Positions 41,804-53,683 of a stretch of DNA of 64,000 nucleotides are shown piece by piece (positions within the stretch are counted from its first letter, which is position 1; each line of letters opens with the position of its first letter). Both the position numbers and the translations under genes were made by a program. The notes beneath the pieces were generated by a model that ran no database searches, had not been told where the DNA came from, and saw only the letters and a program-made list of their open reading frames with translations. Source of the stretch: Anolis carolinensis (Eukaryota); assembly GCF_035594765.1 (NCBI RefSeq), contig NC_085841.1, positions 353,409,402-353,473,401 on the forward strand, given 5' to 3'.

Positions 41804-43004
41804 AAGACTCATTTAGATTAACATCTCTAAAAACAGGGTGCGCCTTAAATTGCAGGTGTATCTTCCGTATTTTTGTTGTTGTTGGTGTAATGAAATTAGG
41901 ATGCGTCTTATGATCGATAGCGTCTTACAATTGAAGAAATACGGTAATAATTTGTTACTCCCCTCTCCTCACAGCCAGAGGCAGGATACAACACAGTCAA
42001 AGCACAGTTAACACACAATACCTTTACAATCATATATTGTAATATACAGGACACAGCATAAAACATTGACACCAACAAAATGCTTGGTTAAAATTAATTG
42101 TTTAAAATTGACTGGGTAGATTTGTCGAAAGTCTTTAACCATGCCATAAATTTTGATATAATGCTGCTATTATCAAACCATTGCCAAAACAGTGTATTTC
42201 TTGTCTTCTATAATGCATTTTTTGCATTATAGTTAGATCAATTTTTGCTGCTAAGAAAAAAACCCACGGATAGAGAGACAGACTATATATGAATATTTTA
42301 ATGACACTCAGCTTTTAAGATTTCTCTATGTGGGTGAAGTGTGAGTGAAAGCATATTGAAAATGTTGCTCAACCATGTTCATACTGTCACCAACTTTTAT
42401 TTTGATCTCACTTGCAAGGAAGCAATAATGTTAATATTTTTATGATTTAAGAACACAAGGTTGAAATTCTTATTTGATATTTGTCTGAATTGAAATACAA
42501 GAATGAATTTTTCTGATATAGAACATAAGCTTGAACATTAATGTAGGACTAGTAATCTTATTGCAAATAAAAAGTCATAATGCAGAGAAGCATTAGAGAC
42601 AAAAAGTTTGAAATCCATCTGTTACATTCAATAATACTGGCCAACACACATTTTGGTGTCTCAAATGTTAGACCTGTTACTGGGTATATTTAACCTGCTG
42701 ATTCCAAAAATGGCACCAGTTTTCCCCTATCAGCTATAGTTTTTGAGATACAGAACATATCCCATATACCAGTCTTCATCTGCTGACCCATAAGAAATCA
42801 TAACCATATCTAAGAAATGAGAGCTGATGTAATTTTTTGAATCAGTATGTGAAATAACCCCTGGAACAGACTTACAACCAATACACCAAGAAAAATAGGA
42901 GACTGCACTGTGAATCAATTTGCTTTTGCTTTTTAATAATAGGAACTATGCCAAAAAGTAGGAAGCTATATTTTGACACTAACATGTTTCTGTTTAGGCT
43001 AAGA

Positions 43005-43615
43005 TTAATAACTGGGGCGGCATACAGGGAGCGTACCACCCCCCTGCTAAGCCAGCTCCACTGGCTGCCAGTATGCCACTGAGCCCAATTCAAAGTGCTG
43101 GTTTTGACCTATAAAGCCCTAAACGGTTCTGGCCAAATTTACTTGTCCGAACGTATCTCCTCTTATGAGCCATCTAGAACTCGAAGATCATCCAGAGAGG
43201 CCCTGCTCTTGGTCCCACCTGCCTTGCAAGCATGGCTGGTGGGAACGAGGGACAGGGCCTTCTCGGTGGTTGCTCCCCGGCTGTGGAACACCCTCCCTAG
43301 CAACATCCAATAAGCCCTGACTCTTCTGGGCTTAAGAAAAGCTTTAAAGACATGGCTGTGTGCCCAAGCATTTAATGAATAAACATTTGAGTCAACAAGG
43401 TTTACGCATGAGGTTCTGGATGAATTGATTCAATTACATAGATGTTTTTAAATTTTATAATGTGTTTTAATAGTGTTATGAACTGATCTGTATGTATTGT
43501 TTTGATTTTAATGATTGTGTTTTGGGCATTAAATTTTTGCCGACCTTTGTAAGCCGCCTTGAGTCCCCTCGGGTGAGAAAGGTGAGGTAAAAATGCTGCA
43601 AATAAATAAATAAAA
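43005..43615 (+). mobile_element. L2 LINE 3' fragment; another at about 4490-5130
   Basis: LHWLPV...QFKVLVLTYKALNGSG...DRAFSVVAPRLWNTLP and L2 tail TGTAAGCCGCCTTGAGTCCC...(TAAA)n. Confidence 0.85.
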
Positions 43616-43806
43616 TCAAGGAAAACATTCATAAGTCAAAGGCTGTGTCCCATTCGCTTGTCAACATTTCCATTCAAGTGGTTGCAAAGATATTTGCCTT
43701 TTTAAAAAACACATCGACATTCCTATTTTCTATATATAATTCCAAAGGTTAAATGCAAACCTACTAAAATCTTACCAAAGAAACAAATAGTAGTTCATCA
43801 TAAAAA

Positions 43807-44039
43807 TCTATATATAAAAGTCAAAGTATGTAGGTAATTATGTTTGTGCCTTTGTTTGTTTGATGCTCAAACGCTCCACATGGCTTGATGGATATGGACC
43901 TAATTTGGCACAAATATCCTTCATTATTCAGGAATAACTGCTGGGACTTGCAATACAGCCAGATCTGCTGGGTTTCATGATCCGTAACCGTGTCCGGAAA
44001 TTATATAGCAGCTGCAGCTATCAATCGCTAAGTACTTAG
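43807..44039 (+). mobile_element. Possible non-autonomous Helitron
   Basis: A|TCTATATATAAAAG 5' end, GTTT repeats, degenerate (C/T)TAG|T 3' end, no TSD. Confidence 0.4.
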
Positions 44040-44709
44040 TAATTAATGGTTAACTTTATGAGCTTGGAGCAGGCAGGACTTTGGATGAAGACCGTTGGAT
44101 GTGGGTCCAGGATATAGAAGGAGGGATGGTATTTCCTTGTGTAATTCCTATCTAAAATACTGAATTTATTGCGACACAGTGTGAAATTACAATGATATTT
44201 CCTAGCCCAAGTTACTAAATGCTTCCAGATATTGTGTATCACCTTATTTATCTGCTACAAAGGTAGTTAATTACATAAATAATTTCTAAGGATCATAGAT
44301 CTGCTTTATGTCTAGCGACTTATGACAACCTCATAATTTCCCAGGGATTTCTTTTGCAAGGAATACTCAGAAGTGATTTGCCATTGCCTTTCTCTGAAAT
44401 ATAGCCCACAAGTACCTGGTATTTCCTTGCAGTTTCCGATCCAAGTACTAATCAGGCTGCTTAGCGTCCAAGATCCAAGTACTAGACAAGATCTAGTACT
44501 CTTAGGACATTTAGACATGCTTCAGTTTCATTATTGCCTTATATTTGTATTGTGTTCGTTGTATTGTGGATCTTTAATGGCCATCATCAGTGCCATTAAA
44601 AGATCAAATATAATTTAGCTCTGTATTTTAAAAGAGAGAGATGTTTATAATTTTATATTGTCTTGAAATCTCACAACATAACCTTTTGAAAATGATGCAA
44701 AATTGAAAA

Positions 44710-45068
44710 AAGGGTTGAGCATCCATTGTCAAAAAAATCTTGGGCCCATAAGTTTTTAGGTTTTCTTATTTGTTTTTCAAAATTTGGAATACCTGGATTT
44801 GCACATGTGTACATACAAAGTATCTTGGAAATGGGGCCCAAGTTTAAACATGAATGTAAACTACCATGTGTTTCATAAACACTTTATGCACATAGCTTGA
44901 AAATAATTTTATGCACAATATTTTTAAAAATGTGTATGAAACAAAGTTTGTATACATTGAATAATTAGGAAGCAAAGGCATCACAGTCTCAGCCACTCCA
45001 TGTGGACAAGCTTGAGATTTTGAATGTTTTGGATTTTGAGATTCTAGATAAGGAAGTCTCAATCCGTT
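44710..45068. mobile_element. Tigger4-like MITE; relative at about 26430-26760
   Basis: Decayed GGTTGAG(T/C)ATCC...GATAAGG..ACTCAAC termini. Confidence 0.55.
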
Positions 45069-45098
45069 ATAATCAAACAAACAAACAAACGAATGTAA

Positions 45099-46020
45099 TG
45101 TGTTGTCGAAGGCTTTCATGGTCAGAATCACTGGGTTGCTGTGAGTTTTTCGGGCTATATGGCCATGTTCCAGTAGCATTCTCTCCCGATGTTTCACGTG
45201 CATATATGGCAGGCATCCTCAGAGGTTTGTTCAGAGGTCTGTTGGAAATGAGGCAAGAGGAGTGTATATATCTGTGGAATGTCCAGGGTGGGAGAAAGAA
45301 CTTGTTTGTTTGGGGCAAGTGTAAATGTTACAGTTAACCAGCTTGATTAGCAATTGAATAGCCTTGGAGCTGCAAAGTCAAGCAGTGAGGGTATTTGCAT
45401 TGAGGTAGCTTGGCTGCTGTGCCTGGAGGCATCCTTTATTTGAGAGGTTTTAACTGGCACTTGGTTGTTTGCTATCTGGTATTCCCCTACTGTCTTGATT
45501 CTGGTGTTTTTTAATACTGGTAGCCAGAATTTGTTCATTTTCATGGTTTCCTCCTTTCTGTTGAAATTGTACACATGCTTGTGAATTTCAATGGCTTCTC
45601 TGTGTAGCCTGACATGGTGGTTCTCAGAATGGTCCAGCATTTCTGTGTTCTCAAATAATATTCCGTGTCCAGGTTGGTTGATTGAGTGCTCTGCAATAGC
45701 TAGCTGACTTCTCTGGCTGAATTAGTCTGCAATGCCTTTTGTGTTCTTTGATTCATGTCTGTGCATTGCTGTGTTTGGTGGTCCCTATGTAGACTTGTCC
45801 ACAGCTGTATGGCCTATGGTAAACTCCCTCTTATCCTTTGCTGAACAAAGCATTTGTTGGATTTTCTTGGCAGACCTGTATATTGTTGTTAGGTTGTGTT
45901 TCTTCATCAGCTTCCCTTTGCGGTCAGTTGTTCCCTTGATTTATGGTAAGAACACTTTACCTCTGGGTGGATCTTTGTCTTTACTCTTGTGGCTTGTTCC
46001 TGGTCTTGCAGCTCTTCTGC
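45099..46020 (-). mobile_element. Penelope-like element, 5'-truncated: GIY-YIG endonuclease region and 3' end
   Basis: Degenerate GVY...SCGQVYIGTT...IAEHS...HREAIEIHKH. Degenerate hammerhead at about 45181-45230. Possible decayed 16-bp TSD at 45083-45098 / 46021-46036. Confidence 0.88.
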
Positions 46021-46367
46021 AAATAAACAAATATAAGTGTATTAAGACTCAGAAAACAACAAGTTAACCCCTTAGCATTCCATGTGTTCATAGCTCCTCT
46101 GGTAACCCTCAATTCTCAAGGTGCATCAATGCTGTAGATCAGGTTTGGGCAAACTTCAGCCCTCCAGGTGTTTTGGACTTCAACTCCCACAATTGGTAGG
46201 CTGTTAGGAGTTGTGGGAGTTCAAAACACCTGGAGGGCCCAAGTTTGCCCAAGCCTGAAAGCTTATTGCTTTAGCAACAGATTGTAAATCAGAGTAGCTT
46301 TCATACAAAGATGTAACAATTTCTGACAGCCACACGATGGTGCACTTCCTTTAGATTTTCCTCATCT

Positions 46368-46484
46368 ATACCTCATCCATACCTCACAACCTCTGAGGAT
46401 GCCTGCCATAGATGTGGGCGAAACGTCAGGAGAGAATGCTTCTGGAACATGGCCACACAGCCCGAAAGACATACAACAACCCTG
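46368..46484 (+). mobile_element. 117-bp Penelope terminal fragment consisting mostly of the hammerhead
   Basis: Homologous to the 3' end of the 45099-46020 element; perfect TSD TTTCCTCATCT at 46357-46367 / 46485-46495. Confidence 0.85.
46382..46434 (+). ncRNA. Minimal type-I hammerhead ribozyme motif with intact core
   Basis: CUGAGGA 46393-46399, extra U, stem II GCCUGC/GUGGGC, GAAA 46420-46423, palindromic ACGU in place of stem III, GUC cleavage triplet ending at 46427, stem I CCU/AGG plus CUC/GAG. Confidence 0.75.
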
Positions 46485-46713
46485 TTTCCTCATCTTGTTG
46501 GCCACTTATTTTTCCCATTGCATTCACAATTCTTGCCTGGGCTCCTAACCTAGGAAAATCAGAAACCTGTAAGGGCAATAATGTAGGTATGAAAATGGGA
46601 GCGAGAACTCTATCTTGGGTTAAATACAGCTTTCAATTTGCCTAAATAACTGTAGCAACAGAGAGTAAGAATACTACTGCACAGTTCCAGGCCAGTGAAT
46701 GGCAAAACATCTA

Positions 46714-46986
46714 CACCTCCCAACAAAGGATTCCTCCAGGCAGGAATCAGCCTGGCTTGGAAGCTGCAAGGCTTTTCAATGCCAATCAAGTAGATTAATT
46801 GCAGCATTCACACTTGTCTCAAGCAAACAAGAGTTCTTTCTCCCTCTCTGATCATTCCACAGATATATAAACCCCACTTGCAGACCTCACAACCTCTGAG
46901 GATGCTTGCCATAGATGTGGGCAAAATGTCAGGAGAGAATGCTTCTGGAACATGTTTCATACAGTCCGGAAAACTCACAGCAACCC
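46714..46986 (+). mobile_element. Penelope terminal (pseudo-LTR) fragment
   Basis: Homologous to 45130-45440. TSD AAAACATCTA / AAAATATCTA. TATATAAA at 46864. Hammerhead core decayed (GAAAC to AAAAT). Confidence 0.85.
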
Positions 46987-47040
46987 AAAATATCTATAAT
47001 TTTGGACCTGATCCTGGAGAAGCAAGCCAACTTGGCAGTA

Positions 47041-47809
47041 CAGTAGAGTCTCACTAATCCAACATCCGCTTATCCAACGTTCTGGATTATCCAACGCAGT
47101 TTGTCTCCCGCCCTGATCCACAGCTGTTTCTCTAGGCAGCAAGGATTGAACTTTGTATGTATTTAATTTCCAACAATGTTGCTACTGTAAATTCATTTTA
47201 TGCAATTCTATCTTTATTTGTAGTCAATTTGTTAGTAGTCAATGTTTTTGTAGTCAGTGTGTTCAATATACAGTAGAGTCTCACCTATCCAACATAAACG
47301 GGCAGGCAGAATGTTGGATAAGCGAATATGTTGGATAACAAGGCGGGATTAAGGAAAGGCCTATTAAACATCAAATTAGGTTATGATTTTACAATTTAAG
47401 CACCAAAACATCATGTTATACAACAAATTTGACAGAAAAAGTAGTTCAATACACAGTAATGCTATGTTGCAATTACTATATTTACGAATTTAGCACCAAA
47501 ATATCACGATATATTGAAAACATTGACTACAAAAATGCGTTGGAAAATCCAGAACGTTGGATAAGCGAGTGTTGGATAAGTGAGACTCTACTGTATTGCG
47601 ATGTTTTGGTGCTAAATTCATGAATACAGTAATTACTACATAACGTTACTGTCTTTTGGACTGCTTTTCCTGTCAGTTTGTTATAAAACATGATGTTTTT
47701 GGTGCTTAACTTGTAAAATCATAGGTTTTTCTTAATCCCTCCTTATTATCCAACATTTTCGCTTATCCAACGTTCTGCTGGCCCGTTTATTTTGGATGAG
47801 ACTCTACTG
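47041..47809. mobile_element. Longer variant of the same MITE with a 323-bp copy nested at 47271-47593
   Basis: Two nested TIR pairs, each with a TA TSD. Confidence 0.88.
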
Positions 47810-48094
47810 TATTAGGCCTCCAAATAGATTAATCTGAATTCAGCTGGAACTCATTCTTATTAAGACTGCATGCGATAGTTAAAGATCTTAATTTAAGGAA
47901 CAAATCGCATAATAGTAGCACCTTTTCCTTTTTTTTTACTGTTACCCGAGGAAAAAGGTTCTATTGGGTCTTCAAAAACCACATACAACTTCCTCTTTAA
48001 GTACCATTGCCCACATTCTTCGTTTCGAACTTCAACTCCCAGAAGCCTCAGCTGCCTTTGTCAACAGCCAGGCATTCTGGGAGTTGAAGTCCTC

Positions 48095-48344
48095 TGCGTC
48101 GTTGCTAGGGGCAACACAGCTGACTGGCCCTTTCCCTTTATTCGCACTCCCCTTAGGCCACGCCCCTCGAGGGGGGCTGTTTTCCCACTCTCCTTCCCCA
48201 ACGTTCGAGCTCCGCCCCCGTCCGGCGGATCCAGCCAATCGGGCTGCTGCAGGCCGGCACCTGCTGGTGGCCCCGCCCCCTTCTCAGCTGCTCCATTCCA
48301 GTGTCACTCACTCTCTGAGGAGGAAGGTGCGCGAGGAGGAGCAG
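48095..48344 (+). promoter_or_regulatory. CLBA1: CLBA1 promoter and probable non-coding exon 1
   Basis: GC-rich island with X-box-like GTTGCTAGGGGCAAC 48101-48115, KLF/Sp boxes at 48157, 48212 and 48271, CCAAT 48235-48239, and a strong donor CAG|GTAAGC at 48345. Linkage to CLBA1 is inferred from position and strand. Confidence 0.7.
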
Positions 48345-48735
48345 GTAAGCGTCCCCTTTATTATTGCCCTCCCTTGGCTGGGGTCCCTTGTTTTTGGTTC
48401 CTCCGAAGAGGGTGCTGGTGGATGCCATGAAAGGAAGGCTGAGAGGAGAATAGGAAGGTCTGACGGCTAGGTTGGATTATATAAATAACTCCAAGGCAAT
48501 AATAGCCTTTCTGGGAATGTGTGGTACCATCCATAGTGTTTAGATCAGGCATTGGCAAACTTAGGCCCTCCAGATGTTTTGGACTTCAACTCCCACAATT
48601 CCTAACAGTCCTCAGGCCCCTTCCTTTTCCCCCTCAGCCGCTTAAGCGGCTGAGGGGGAAAAGGAAAGGGCCTGGGGGCTGTTAGGAATTGTGGGAGTTG
48701 AAGTCCAAAATACCTGGAAGGCCCAAGTTTGCTCA

Positions 48736-49084
48736 TTCCAGACAAGGAACAATCAGGACCCGTTAACACCTCCCAACAAAAGATTCCCCCAGGCAGGAAA
48801 CAGCCAGACTTTGAAGCTGCGAGGCTATTCAGTGCTCATCAAGCTGGTCAGTTGCAACATTCACACTTCCCTCAGGCAGACAAGAGTTCTTTCTCCCACC
48901 CTGGACTTTCCACAGATATATCAACCACACTTACCTAGTTTCCAACAGACCTCACAATCTCAGAGGATGCCCTACATGGATGACAGCAATACGTCAGGAG
49001 AGAATTTTTCTGGAACATGACCATACAGCCCGGAAAACTCACAGCAACCCAGTGATTCCGGCCACAAAAGCCTTTGACAACACC
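48736..49084 (+). mobile_element. Penelope terminal fragment in CLBA1 intron 1
   Basis: Same family as the other three copies; hammerhead core degenerate (CAGAGGA...AATAC-GTC). Confidence 0.82.
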
Positions 49085-49112
49085 TTGTTAACACTTTAAT
49101 AATAATAATAAT

Positions 49113-49545
49113 AATGTGGGACTTCCGAATCCAGATTGACAAAGCTCTGGAACACAACACACCAGACATCACAGTTGTGGAAAAGAAAAAGGTTTGAATC
49201 ATTGATGTTGCCACCCAAGTGACAGTCGCATTGACAAAAAACAACAGGAAAAACTCAGCCGCTATCAGGACCTCAAGATTGAATTGCAAAGACTCTGGCA
49301 GAAACCAGTACAGGTGGTTCCGGTGGTGATCGGCACATTGGGTGCCGTGCCAAAAGATCTCAGCCGGCATTTGGAAACAATAGGCATTGACAAAATCACG
49401 ATCTGCCAACTGCAAAAGGCCACCCAACTGGGATCAGCGCGCATCATCCAAAAATACATCACACAGTCCTAGACACTTGGGAAGTGTGCGACTTGTGATT
49501 TTGTGAGACAAATACAGCATATCTATCTTGTTTGCTGTGCCATAC
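49113..49545 (+). mobile_element. Dong/R4-clade non-LTR retrotransposon, 3' fragment with restriction-like endonuclease
   Basis: WDFRIQIDKALEHNTPDITVV...IIDVA and VQVVPVVIGTLGAVPK...LQKATQLGSARII; (TAA)n arrays on both sides. Confidence 0.85.

Positions 49546-49602
<57 letters not shown>
49546..49602. repeat. (AAT)n microsatellite; others at about 39133-39163, 49098-49114 and 52575-52641
   Basis: Read directly. Confidence 0.95.
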
Positions 49603-49606
<4 letters not shown>

Positions 49607-52596
49607 TATTCTTCTATCCCGCCACCATCTCCCCAAAGGGACTCAGGGAGGCTAACATGGGGCCAAGCCCAAAACAGGAACAAGGTATGACAATTTAAAA
49701 CATATATCAATAACTAAAAACAATGATACAACAATCAAATAAAATAATCGATCAAAACGTAACATACAATAAAATATATAATGACCAAGCAGAATGAGGT
49801 TTTATTTATTTCGTGTCAAAAGCATTGTACATTTCAAATAATGGAAAAAAAAAAGGAATCACAAGCAGAATGAGGTAAATAATATAAACATCAACGACTA
49901 TGGATAAAAGGGGTTGGGCATATAAAAATATAAGAGTTCAAGGCCTTTTATTAAAGTGCATGGACAAGTGTCAGAGAGTTGGACGGGATAATGCAGGACC
50001 AGATAAATAGGAAGGGAAATAGTGTTAGGAAGTAATATATCAGTGAAGGTAGCGCCTTCCATCCAGCTGAATAGAATCCCACATTATCTGCATTGAACTG
50101 GAATATATGGCTTTGTGGAAGGGCCCCCAGATAACCCAGTTCAAAGCAGATATTGTGGGATTTTCTACCTTGATATTCTAGGTTATATGACTGTGTGGAA
50201 AGGCCCTTTATTTGGAGGAAAGAGGAGTACATGTGTATCAAAGTACTGTATTACTCCCATTTCTAAAGGTTTTGTAGAAATGTGTAGCACATGTTTATAT
50301 CAAAAAAAGAAAAAGTTGCCACCTTAGTGACCTTATAGATGTGGGCAATCTCGAACAGAGGGCCTTCTTTCTTGGGCCTCTTATCCACTGCCGTATAATC
50401 CAGAATATCAAGGCAGATAATCCACATTATCTTCTTTGAACTGGAGTATCTTAATCTACACTGCCGTTTAATCCAGTTCAAAGCAGATAATCTGGATTTT
50501 ATACAGCTGTGTAGAAAGGGCCTTGGTTCTTACAGATTTCACATTTCCTATTTTAACCCACAGGTTAAAACCCTATCACTCATTAATCCATCAAACCAAT
50601 TCTGTATTCTTTTCAACATCACTCATATGTTTTTTTCCCTCAAAAATAGCACCTATCCAACTCACTCTTTTGTTCAGAAATTCAAGCACTAATTACATTG
50701 AAAGGTACTCAAACACATCCTCACAATATAGTGAAGGTAGCATCTTACAGCTAATTCTGACTGTGTCTGTCCTCCCTGGATTGCCTGTTAGTGAAAGAAA
50801 TTGTGTGAAGCCAAGTGAGATTGGAAGCGAGAAGCATTTCTTTAAAGACAGCAGTTTTTAAAAGATGCAATCTTGCATAAGAGAGATTTGTTTTTTAAAA
50901 ACATATTTTTAAAGGATAACACCAGTAACTCACATCTTGCGACATAATTGTACTATACTATTATTTTTGTGCCATTCCTTTTACCTCGATTAAGCATGTT
51001 CTAGTTTAGTTCAGTATTGCTAGAATCTCCAATGTGAATGGTAGATTATTAAATCAAAATAGTATCTCAGTCGATATGGATAATAACATAAAGGCTGGAA
51101 AGACTTTCAAATGGTTGAATAGAGGTTGCCTCAATAGAATATGTTGCCTCCCTCAGTTAAATGCAATAGACAGGAATATGCACACAGAGCTAGAAATAAT
51201 ATTTCAAATTCCTAAGCGTCTGGATGGACATAGTGTTCCTGTAGTCCTAAATTCTATATGGCCACATGATTGCACCTTATATTGGATTACACAATATCTT
51301 GCTCATTGTAGTCCTTTTAAAGCTTTCAGGATTTTGCAAAGAGTTATTTCCCTTATTGGTTACTTAAAATCAGTTATCATAGCGAATGGATTTTGGGGCA
51401 TTATTACTTCAGTAGAAAATTGTGTACAAGAAACAAATAATGTGGAAACAATAGGGGTGAATTCCTAGACCACAAAAAAGAAAAGCTCTTCAATGCTTTT
51501 CAGCAAAGCCTTTGGTCAAAATTAACTGTATACACACGTGAAATTAAAAAGAAAAAACCTCAAGTCAAATAGTTCTTCAGTAAGTTCATAAAAACTTCTA
51601 GAGACCACTTGCAAGTTTCTTCCAAATTGCATCCAAGAATTATTTTTTCTTTCAACTGCCTTTTTCTTATGGATTCCATTTATGTGGCCACATTTATACA
51701 GCTATGCTTTTTTTAACATGCGGGGGGTACCTTATGAGATCAACTTCTCCGTCCTGCTCTTCACACATGCTTTGTAAGTGATTTTGCAGTTAACTACTGT
51801 TTACCTTGCCTGTTGTAGGCAGGTCTCCACAGCTGCAGTAGGGATCAGAGAAGAATCCCATTCATTACTGACTCAAGTTTTATTCATCACTCTCTCAATG
51901 CTTTCTTCACCGTACTCTTAATTTCAGTGCTGCTAAAGACCTTCTAACTAGACAGCGAATGAGAAGAAAAAGGGCCACAAAGAAGACTTTGTAAAAGTCT
52001 TTCTCAGTGGCTTTATTAGTGGAAGAAGTATACTGTTTAGCTGAGTGAAAACATCACCCTCTCCATCATGGGTCCTAAATAGGAGTGGCTGATGTTGACA
52101 AATATTGAGGTACTGGGAAATTTTGCAACAGCAACGTAGAGCCCATCACCACCACTTCCTTTTCTTTTAAAAGTTCTTGCTGCTATTGGAAGCGGTGAGG
52201 GCTGTATGAGCAACATTTATATCTCAGTTGAGAGATAAAAGCTGAAATATAGCAACAATAATTCTCACCCCGCTCTTCTCACCCCGGAGGGGACTCAGAA
52301 CGGCTTACAAATCAAATATACATACAATATATTATTAGCATTGCACAATATAAGCATTAAATTACTATATTGTACTAAATCATTATATGGTAATATTATT
52401 AGTAATATTACATTTAATATATAATATTATTATATTATATTATTATTAGTATAATATTGTATTACATTATAATATTATTGTCAATATTATAAGTATAATA
52501 ACCTTCTTGATATCACAGATCATGATCATTGGGGAGAAATCATGGTCACCCCCTTCCAAATATGGTTTTCCCTTTAATAATAATAATAATAATAAC

Positions 52597-52641
<45 letters not shown>

Positions 52642-53683
52642 TTTATACCCCGTCCCATCTCTCCGAAGGGACTCGGGGTGGCTTACATGGAGCCAAGCCT
52701 TTGTAGATGAAAGTGTGGTAGAAAACTATTGCTTGGAAATTTTGGTCCAGCTGTGTTTTAGATTCTTTTAACAGGCAGATTAAAGTTTGCATGCAAAGTT
52801 TGTCCCTCCCATTACTTGTCTGAACACTTTTTGAGATGACTCAAGAACTTGAATTGCATTAATCATTTCAGTTGAGCAGCATCACATTTCCTTTGTGTCT
52901 CATTCTATCAGTGACAGGGAGCTGCGCTACTTGCGACAGTTTGTGGGGGCTGATAATCGTATCAGATTATCCCACAGATTTCATTATCAATTATTCAGAG
53001 TTTATTTGAAACCAGATGACAGTATCTGCTGATGGCATTATCTGCTCTTCTGTACGGGGAAGGAATCTCATTGACATATGACAGAGACAGCCATAGCTAT
53101 ATAACAGTTTTCTTTCCCCTTAATACTTTCCCTCATGTGTTAACTTGTAACTTCCAGTAGTTTTAACCAGCACACCAAATTGCTGTGATGGCTGGAAATT
53201 GTTGAGATTGCAGTCCAATGTATCTGGAAGATGCTAAAGAGGCGAAGGACAATGTATTACAATATACAGTAACTTCTTGTGGGTTTTGAATTGTCAATAT
53301 CAGAAGCACTGCAGAAAGTGTTGTATGATCCCTGATTGTTTCACTACCAAGGCAAGGCTAGGTTCACTAATTTAATTGAACTGTTTTTATTTATGTGATA
53401 ACTCTTACATCGTCTTTTCACAAGTTTAATTAATGAATATAAATAGATCTCTCAAAACATGGCTCTCTAATAGTGTGTGGCTTCATTTATAATTGGCACT
53501 CTGCCAGAGATGGTAGAGAATGGAAATAGTAAATTTCCTGAGTAATTGGTTTTACTCCCAGTCTGAAGTACATACTTGCTCCTTACGTAGCTATATATGG
53601 TTTCCAATATATTGCTTCTTGATATATGTATACACTCTAGAATTAATGCAGGTTGACACTACTTTAAATGCCATGACACAGTG

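Noticed and set aside
43899-43908. CArG box CCTAATTTGG
   Set aside because: Isolated and inside a probable Helitron-like repeat.
52467-52771. Poly-N, poly-I and poly-L ORFs
   Set aside because: Translations of an (AAT)n microsatellite.
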